From a virus (taxonomy: Duplodnaviria; Caudoviricetes): a DNA stretch of 42,439 nucleotides. The position numbers were made by a program, and so were the translations under genes. Positions 36,746 to 42,439 of this stretch are shown piece after piece. The notes beneath the pieces are model-generated. The model saw nothing but the letters and a program-made list of their open reading frames with translations, made no database searches and was not told the origin of the DNA. The stretch is taken from positions 1 to 42,439 of the IMG/VR virus record IMGVR_UViG_3300049009_000475; one strand, written 5' to 3'. The stretch's first letter is position 1; the number at the start of each line of letters is the position of its first letter.

Positions 36746-37077
36746 TATGTAACCAAGTAAAAGAGAAGGGATGCTTGAATAGCGGCCATTATGAATACGA
36801 CAGATTTGCTCCACCGAGTATTCTTTTTGACCATCCATTCGAGGATGTCGGCAGCAGCTAGCAGACCAAGACACTTGAAAGCCACGAGCTTGGATACGTC
36901 AATCTTAGGGTCTGACTGGTCTGAGATTGTGCGAGGCAGTACGGGAGAGTCACCTTTATATATGAGCATTCTAGCTACTGCGTTCTGTTCTAATATATGT
37001 AGGTTATCAGCATACTTTACCGTTAGGTAAATATCATACACGCATACCAGACATATGAATAGAACAATGAATCTCAT
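36745..37077 (-). CDS. Small membrane protein (DUF5658-like)
   Basis: Three hydrophobic segments; YDIYLT...EQNAVARMLI...LVAFK pattern. Confidence 0.6.
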   Translation of the reverse strand: MRFIVLFICLVCVYDIYLTVKYADNLHILEQNAVARMLIYKGDSPVLPRTISDQSDPKIDVSKLVAFKCLGLLAAADILEWMVKKNTRWSKSVVFIMAAIQASLLFYLVT

Positions 37078-37289
37078 AAGAAGTACTTAACTTTCTCTAC
37101 TAGGTCAAAGCCTATGATTTCGCAATCCTCGGCCTTGATCTGCATGTCCTTTTGGAACACCTTCTTTTTGTTCACTCTAGTAAGATAGTTTTTCAGTGCT
37201 ATCTTAGCATTCTTGAGTGACATGTAGATGTTATCCTTATTAGACCTAGTCTGTATCTGGTTGCCGTCTTGAAATAGGCGAAATATCAT
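37074..37289 (-). CDS. Hypothetical protein
   Basis: 71 aa, basic; AGGAG upstream; ATGA-coupled downstream. Confidence 0.7.
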   Translation of the reverse strand: MIFRLFQDGNQIQTRSNKDNIYMSLKNAKIALKNYLTRVNKKKVFQKDMQIKAEDCEIIGFDLVEKVKYFL

Positions 37290-37297
37290 GATAGCTC

Positions 37298-38011
37298 CTA
37301 GTATGAGCCGAGACCTCTGTAATCAAGCTGTTCTAGAATCCTACCAATGAGTGGATGACGCAGAATATCGGAGGAGTCCAAACTGACCATCCCACACAAA
37401 TCTGGAGAATCGAAAAGCTTCCTCTTCAAATATGATAGCCCGTCTTCTTCCCCGCGAAGGTCTTTTTGGTCTGTGTCGCCCTCAAAGACCATCTTGCAGT
37501 TTTCGCCAATTCTTGTAATAGCCATTACTGCCTGTGGCACTGTCATGTTCTGGGCTTCTGTGATAAGAACGAAACAGTTCTTGTATGTGAACCCCCTCAT
37601 TAATTCAATAGCCTGAAGACAGATGGTTTCGGACTCTAGGAGCTTTTCAAGCTCATATTTAGCCCCAACCAACTCTTCAAGATTGGCCAGAATTGGAGCG
37701 AACCATGGCTTGAGCTTGTCAATGAGACTCCCCTTAATCCAAGGAAAATCCTTGGTAGAGGTAGAGATCATAGGTCTAGTAACATAGATCTTTTGGTGGG
37801 GCTTGTTTGGGTCTGACATATGGGAAATGGCAGTGGATAGAGCCACCAGCGATTTACCACTTCCGGACGGGCCAGAGCAAATAGTTACATCATTATTGAT
37901 AATCGAAGAAACATAATCTCTCTGATTAAGGGTCTTAGGCTTAACCAGTTTGTATTTTGGAGATGGAGAGTACGGAGTACTTGCTTCAGTTTTAGTTCTT
38001 CGACGTGTCAT
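37298..38011 (-). CDS. phoH: PhoH-family protein (atypical motifs)
   Basis: PKTLNQ; GPSGSGKS; VTRP; MRGFTY; TEAQN; TRIGENCK; GDTDQKDL; DILRHPLI. Confidence 0.9.
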   Translation of the reverse strand: MTRRRTKTEASTPYSPSPKYKLVKPKTLNQRDYVSSIINNDVTICSGPSGSGKSLVALSTAISHMSDPNKPHQKIYVTRPMISTSTKDFPWIKGSLIDKLKPWFAPILANLEELVGAKYELEKLLESETICLQAIELMRGFTYKNCFVLITEAQNMTVPQAVMAITRIGENCKMVFEGDTDQKDLRGEEDGLSYLKRKLFDSPDLCGMVSLDSSDILRHPLIGRILEQLDYRGLGSY

Positions 38012-38333
38012 CTGTGCCCCTTAGTTTAGCATACATTTCTGAAAGTTCAAGACCTTGTTCTGTGCAGGTGTATTTCACGCCCTCTTCGGTAAACTCGGCT
38101 TCTACTAGGCCATCTTCTACCAATTTGGACGTTATATACCCGTTAATCAGCTTGCAGATTTCATCATACACTTCAGAGAATGGAGAATCTACACCGACGA
38201 TGTTCATACAGTATAGAGTAATGAGTTCTCCGCTTAGGCCTTCCATCTGATAGTCAGTCATTGACTGATTCTCAAGCAAGATCTCTAAGAGCTGCTCATC
38301 ATTTATATGGTCCGTTATCTTAACCATTACCAC
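37992..38333 (-). CDS. Hypothetical acidic protein
   Basis: 113 aa between nrdB and phoH; winged-helix-like end (SKLVEDGLVE...YTCTEQG). Confidence 0.7.
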   Translation of the reverse strand: MVMVKITDHINDEQLLEILLENQSMTDYQMEGLSGELITLYCMNIVGVDSPFSEVYDEICKLINGYITSKLVEDGLVEAEFTEEGVKYTCTEQGLELSEMYAKLRGTDDTSKN

Positions 38334-39370
38334 TCCAGTGTAGCATTAGATAGATCATTCTTATAGGCCCCAATTTTGTAGGAGATAATCTCCTGCTCTT
38401 GTGGGGCAGTCTGTTTCCCTTTACTGTCGGCTTCCAGCCAGCTAATTGGGTTCTTGGTTCCAAAGTGTTTCTCTAGACCGGCTCCCACCAATCTCTTATC
38501 CACTAAGGATTCGATGTACTGATGCATGATCTTCTCATTGAGACCGATCATCCCGCCATCCCTGAACAGATAAGAGGCCCATGCCTTCTCTTCATCTGCT
38601 GCTTCTAAGAACATGGAGGTAGCTTCAGCCTTGCAGGCCTCGGCGACCTCCTGAAAGTCTTCCTTCTCATTCTCTCGCATAAACTTCAGAATGGTTTGGG
38701 TAATACTCATATGCACAGCTTCGTCATTTCTGATAAGCTTGATGATCTGTGCGTTACCGCACATTTTGTTGTTCTGTTCAAAAGCCAGAGCACAAGCAAA
38801 ACTGACATAGAATCTGACAGCCTCCAAAATGTTTGTGGCCATTAGTCCCAAATAGATTCTCTCTTTGATTGGGCGATCACTAGTCTCAAAGTTGAGTGCA
38901 TCAAATGCACTCGATACAGAATTAGCCCTTTTAACGATCTCTTCGTCTTTCAGGACATCGTCCAAGACTTCAGAAGGGTTTGGATACACATTGTTAATCA
39001 AGTAGCTATATGAGTAGCTGTGCAAAGTCTCAAATGCCGCCCAGATATTCATACATGCTTCGAGTTCGGGCAGACTCACATACTGAGTCAAGTTCGGAAT
39101 TGCCCTAGCGATCACAGAATCCATCATCGTTTGGAACTTAAGATTCGAAGTGAAGATGAATTTCTCATGCTCACTAAGTAACTTATAGTCTCCAATATCC
39201 TTAGACAGAGAGATTTCTTCGGGTCGCCAGAAAAATCCCAACTGCTTCTTGAACAAAGTTAGGAATATCTCATACTTGCATTTGTCGTAGCGTTGTAGAG
39301 ATAGTCCTTCTCCAAGAAACATTGGCTGCTTTGTGGTGTCGACCACCATTGTGTTTAGGACACTTCTCAT
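38327..39370 (-). CDS. nrdB: Ribonucleotide reductase class Ia beta subunit
   Basis: FFWRPEEI; QTMMDS; FETLHSYSY (metal ligands and radical Tyr); LEAVRFYVSF; NDEAVH; APQEQEIISY. Start likely ATG 39370 (ATGA overlap with nrdA). Confidence 0.96.
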   Translation of the reverse strand: MRSVLNTMVVDTTKQPMFLGEGLSLQRYDKCKYEIFLTLFKKQLGFFWRPEEISLSKDIGDYKLLSEHEKFIFTSNLKFQTMMDSVIARAIPNLTQYVSLPELEACMNIWAAFETLHSYSYSYLINNVYPNPSEVLDDVLKDEEIVKRANSVSSAFDALNFETSDRPIKERIYLGLMATNILEAVRFYVSFACALAFEQNNKMCGNAQIIKLIRNDEAVHMSITQTILKFMRENEKEDFQEVAEACKAEATSMFLEAADEEKAWASYLFRDGGMIGLNEKIMHQYIESLVDKRLVGAGLEKHFGTKNPISWLEADSKGKQTAPQEQEIISYKIGAYKNDLSNATLEW

Positions 39371-41583
39371 AGTGTACACGAGCCTCCGGAGCAGGATGTG
39401 TCTGCTTCTTCGTTGTCATTTGGAGTATTGTTATAGTACATGGTGCGAAGCCCGTACTTGTAAGCATTAATGATATCCTGAACCACCACAGAGATTGGAA
39501 TTTCCCCATTCTCATAATGGTTGTAATTCAGATATGTATTAAAGCTGATAGACATATCAATCCATTTCTGGAATGCACCAGCCATTTTAATACAATTCAG
39601 ATTGCTTCTCATGTCCCAAGCAATAGTGTACTGCTTTTTATTCTTAGGGTAGTTAGGTGTAAGCACCTTCTTTACCCCATTCTTAGCAATCTTCTCGGTG
39701 AGCAAGGCTCTGATCGGTTCGAACCCATTCGTAGATGAGTGAAGTACACTGGAACTCTCAGCAGGCATCAAGGTGGACATTGTGCAATTGAGTAAGCCAG
39801 TCTTAGCAATCTCGGCTCTCAGCCACTCCCAGTCCTGCTTTAGGGGAAACTGGAGATCATCCGGTAAAGAGGAATGGTTGTCAATTGGGAGCCAACCGCG
39901 TGAGTACTTTGATGCGTAGAAGTCGGGAGCATGCCCATTTTCATCTGCCATCTTCGAGGAAGCGAGAAGCAGGTTATATTGGATGTACTCCATGAGGTCA
40001 TTGGATGCTTCGACTGATTCGGGAGACTCATGATTCATCCCGTGCTCTGCCAACCAAGCAGCAAAGTTGGTAATGCCGATTCCTAGGGACCTCTTTCTTT
40101 TACAGAAGAGTTCAGCCGCTGGGAATGGATAGAGCTGGTAGTCGATAAGGCTGTTGAGCAGCCTGACTATAGTCTCACAGACTTTGGGGATTTCTGCATG
40201 CTTGGTTTCCAACAAGTTAATCGAAGATAGAATGCAGATGCCAATTCGAGCATTCTCATCATCAACCGATGATAGTGGAGATGTTGGCTGTAGGATCTCC
40301 ACACAAAGGTTCGTCATCTGGATAAGCTCATCCCATGATGACTGATTGCAAGAATCCATGAACATGACATAGATTCGGCCAGTTTCAAGTCGCTCTTTAG
40401 CGATTAGGAATAAGAGATCCCTAGCCTTGATGGTCTTGGAAAGTCTTAAAGACTTACCTTCGACTTCTTCGTATTTCTCAGTAAACTCTTTACTTCCCCA
40501 ATACTGGTAGAGATCCGACTCATGTGGACAAACCAGAGTGACATCTTCATCGTTCTTGACTCGATCAAAGAAGGTCTTGTCAAGCTGGATGCAGTAGTCT
40601 AGCTTTTTAACCCGATTGTCATCGGTGCCACGATTGTTCTTCAGAACAACCACATCTTCAATCTCGTAATGCCACCATGGGACTGATACTGTAGCCCCGC
40701 CACCTCTGGTGCCGTTTTGAGAAGTGGATTTAACCGTAGACTCCATTACTCGTAGGAATGGAACAATCCCAGTAGAGATTACTTCACTATCACGAATCGG
40801 GCAATTCTTGGCTCGAATTCGGCCCATATTGATGCCGATGCCGCTTCTTCGAGCGGTGTATTTACCAGCCACCATAGAGGAAGTGAAGATCGAGTCTAAG
40901 CTATCGCCACAATCAATTAGTACACAGGAACTGTAGTACTTCGTGCGAGAGCGCACGCCAGATAGGACTGGAGTTGGCAAGTTAATCTTGAACTTCGAGA
41001 TGTAGTTGTAGGCCTGCTTGATCAACTCCATACGGTCTTCTCTGCCTGCGTAAAGAACCATAGGGATAAGAATAAAGGCAAACTGTGGGGTCTCAAAGAT
41101 TTTCTTGGTAGAGCGATCGCAGATGAGATACTTCTCAATCATCTGCTGAATACCGGCGTGGGTAAAGCGATAATCCCTATCATGACTGATCATCTTGTCA
41201 ATCTTGTGGATTTCTGACTCCGAGTAAGACTCTAGGAGTACATCGTCATACACCTTCTTGTTCTTCTTAAGATGGTCTAGTAGACGTGGGGGAAGATTGC
41301 CGCCCCAAACCTCTTTGCGGAGGGCATACAGTCTCAGACGTGCTGCAACGAACTGGTAGTTCGGAGTATCTTCGCTGATTAAATTATATGCCGACTGAAT
41401 AAGGACTTCCTGAATATCCTTAGTCTTGATCTTATTAGAGATACTGAGCTTAGCGTTCATCGCGACGTCGCTAGGATTAACGTCGGAAACTCCCTCACAC
41501 GCCCATTCTAGTACCTTGTTAACCTTTTCCGCATCAAATTCTTCCATCTTCCCATTACGTTTTTTTACTAACAATTCAGTCAT
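39367..41583 (-). CDS. nrdA: Ribonucleotide reductase class Ia alpha subunit with ATP cone
   Basis: VKKRNG ATP cone; PTPVL; SSCVL; TNLCVEI; ICILSSINL; MPAESSS; RTMYY; C-terminal CSGGSC. No intein or intron seen. Confidence 0.97.
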   Translation of the reverse strand: MTELLVKKRNGKMEEFDAEKVNKVLEWACEGVSDVNPSDVAMNAKLSISNKIKTKDIQEVLIQSAYNLISEDTPNYQFVAARLRLYALRKEVWGGNLPPRLLDHLKKNKKVYDDVLLESYSESEIHKIDKMISHDRDYRFTHAGIQQMIEKYLICDRSTKKIFETPQFAFILIPMVLYAGREDRMELIKQAYNYISKFKINLPTPVLSGVRSRTKYYSSCVLIDCGDSLDSIFTSSMVAGKYTARRSGIGINMGRIRAKNCPIRDSEVISTGIVPFLRVMESTVKSTSQNGTRGGGATVSVPWWHYEIEDVVVLKNNRGTDDNRVKKLDYCIQLDKTFFDRVKNDEDVTLVCPHESDLYQYWGSKEFTEKYEEVEGKSLRLSKTIKARDLLFLIAKERLETGRIYVMFMDSCNQSSWDELIQMTNLCVEILQPTSPLSSVDDENARIGICILSSINLLETKHAEIPKVCETIVRLLNSLIDYQLYPFPAAELFCKRKRSLGIGITNFAAWLAEHGMNHESPESVEASNDLMEYIQYNLLLASSKMADENGHAPDFYASKYSRGWLPIDNHSSLPDDLQFPLKQDWEWLRAEIAKTGLLNCTMSTLMPAESSSVLHSSTNGFEPIRALLTEKIAKNGVKKVLTPNYPKNKKQYTIAWDMRSNLNCIKMAGAFQKWIDMSISFNTYLNYNHYENGEIPISVVVQDIINAYKYGLRTMYYNNTPNDNEEADTSCSGGSCTL

Positions 41584-41590
41584 GTCTTTA

Positions 41591-41635
41591 CCTAGCGAGA
41601 AATGAGGTGCATTATTTAATACGTCCTAGCGGACG
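41591..41635 (-). promoter_or_regulatory. Structured intergenic element upstream of nrdA (hairpin plus AT-rich palindrome)
   Basis: cgtcc-tagc-ggacg hairpin (41622-41635); imperfect palindrome gcattatttaatac (41609-41622); direct repeat cctagcg at 41591 and 41625. Function unknown. Confidence 0.35.
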
Positions 41636-41643
41636 GAGTTGAT

Positions 41644-41862
41644 TCACAAATCTTTTGATTTTGACTTAAACCTAGAAGTCATAGGAAAGCCAAAATGGCC
41701 TAGGAGAATGCAACATACTCCATAGCCTACTGGACTAATGTTCACGAAATCCACGATAAATTGGCTGATTGAGGCAGAGTCGTTCCCGCCAGAGCACACC
41801 CAAACATCGTAGATTCCCAGAATTACAAAAGTGGCCAACATTACCATCCTAGTTGTACCCAT
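41644..41862 (-). CDS. Small two-TM membrane protein
   Basis: 72 aa; two hydrophobic stretches and a basic C-terminal tail (SRFKSKSK), a holin-like topology, but no endolysin nearby. Confidence 0.6.
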   Translation of the reverse strand: MGTTRMVMLATFVILGIYDVWVCSGGNDSASISQFIVDFVNISPVGYGVCCILLGHFGFPMTSRFKSKSKDL

Positions 41863-42439
41863 CTACCGCCTCCACAATTGCCCTGACATCACAGTAATAC
41901 CAGCCAGCACTAAGCAAGCTGTTTACTTCTAGTACCTTATATGCTCCTTCTGAGCGGCAAATGTCAAGTGTCCACATTGGGGCGGGATCGTATCCTGTCG
42001 AGAGGCAGGATTTCGCAAATTCTTCCGCCTCTTTTCCGCACTGTATATTATCTCCGTAGCCCGAGTAAGTCAAGACAGAATTGTCATTTATGACGAATCT
42101 CCATTCGGCCTCAATTGGCTTCTTCTGAGCGAGCATCAGAAGCTCGTGGGAAAATAGGCCAGTTTCCTTTTTGCCAGAGCCCACCATTCCGGTGAAGGTC
42201 TTGTAGCCGGAATTCTGCTTGATGAACCACTCTGGATTTTCAAGAAACTCAGCCAGTAAAGAAAGAGTGCCCGACTCTACAAACATGTGGGGATTATTTA
42301 GTGCTAACCCCTGAAAGTATGGGAGGTAATAGTTACAGTCATAGACATAGTCATAAAGCCAAGATAGGGCCTTTGGGCCATGAGCTTTTTGTAGGCGTCT
42401 ACCTATGACTGGAGAACCGTAGAAGATGTAGTCTGTAAC
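41849..42439 (-). CDS. ATP-grasp domain protein (DUF4343/R2K-like), 5'-truncated by the window edge
   Basis: WFIK...KTFTG; EAEWRFVI; WTLDIC...KVLEVN...AGWY. The frame stays open for 51 codons upstream of 42286 to the window end (VTDYIFYGSP...YDCNYYLP). Confidence 0.8.
   Translation of the reverse strand, partial: VTDYIFYGSPVIGRRLQKAHGPKALSWLYDYVYDCNYYLPYFQGLALNNPHMFVESGTLSLLAEFLENPEWFIKQNSGYKTFTGMVGSGKKETGLFSHELLMLAQKKPIEAEWRFVINDNSVLTYSGYGDNIQCGKEAEEFAKSCLSTGYDPAPMWTLDICRSEGAYKVLEVNSLLSAGWYYCDVRAIVEAVDGYN

Larger units (their letters stand above)
1..42439. mobile_element. Segment of a large tailed dsDNA phage genome (tail module converging on replication/nucleotide-metabolism module)
   Basis: Tape measure and tail-like genes on +; phage-type RNR, PhoH, RecA, helicase, primase, dNMP kinase, sigma factor and homing endonucleases on -; near-zero intergenic space; no bacterial housekeeping operons or integrase seen. 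Confidence 0.95.

Noticed and set aside
18490-40936. Numerous short + strand and out-of-frame ORFs over the replication arm
   Set aside because: Shadows of well-supported - strand genes; only 27288..28352 has its own space, RBS and domains.
38327-41583. Inteins/introns or unusual metal class in the RNR genes
   Set aside because: Lengths are normal, and all catalytic Cys, Tyr and di-iron ligands look canonical for class Ia.
41644-41862. Holin / lysis cassette
   Set aside because: The topology fits, but no endolysin or spanin is adjacent and the context is nucleotide metabolism; left as a membrane protein.
1-42439. tRNA or other structured RNA genes
   Set aside because: Intergenic gaps are all under about 80 nt and none shows a cloverleaf or T-loop signature by eye; a covariance-model scan would be needed to exclude them fully.

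Overview
The whole window is a densely packed fragment of a large tailed dsDNA phage (Caudoviricetes). I see no host housekeeping context, integrase, tRNA, rRNA or CRISPR array. Two arms converge at about 18.33 kb. The + arm (1-18338) is a tail module: a 1805-aa tape measure protein, three tail-tip/baseplate-like proteins, a very Cys-rich 1816-aa protein and a small two-domain Cys protein. The - arm (18324-42439) is a DNA metabolism module: ATP-grasp protein, NrdA/NrdB, atypical PhoH, FmdB-type Zn ribbon, RecA, UvsY-like protein, DnaB, DnaG, dNMP kinase, Cas4-like nuclease, DEDDh exonuclease, a sigma factor, a six-gene glycosyltransferase/nucleotidyltransferase block, two probable homing endonucleases, a Rad52/Sak-like annealing protein and a PRTase-HAD fusion. 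The most notable observation is at the junction. The two convergent genes start with the same previously unnamed (to me) Cys/His domain, and their DNA forms a 21/23-nt inverted repeat in the same codon phase. Flipping the 1.3-kb interior would swap a putative ribofuranosyl-transfer enzyme into the tail operon. Together with the Cys-rich tail protein and the Cys-module-bearing sugar enzymes, this suggests a possibly switchable glycan-decoration system. All product calls come from motif recognition by eye; no searches were run.
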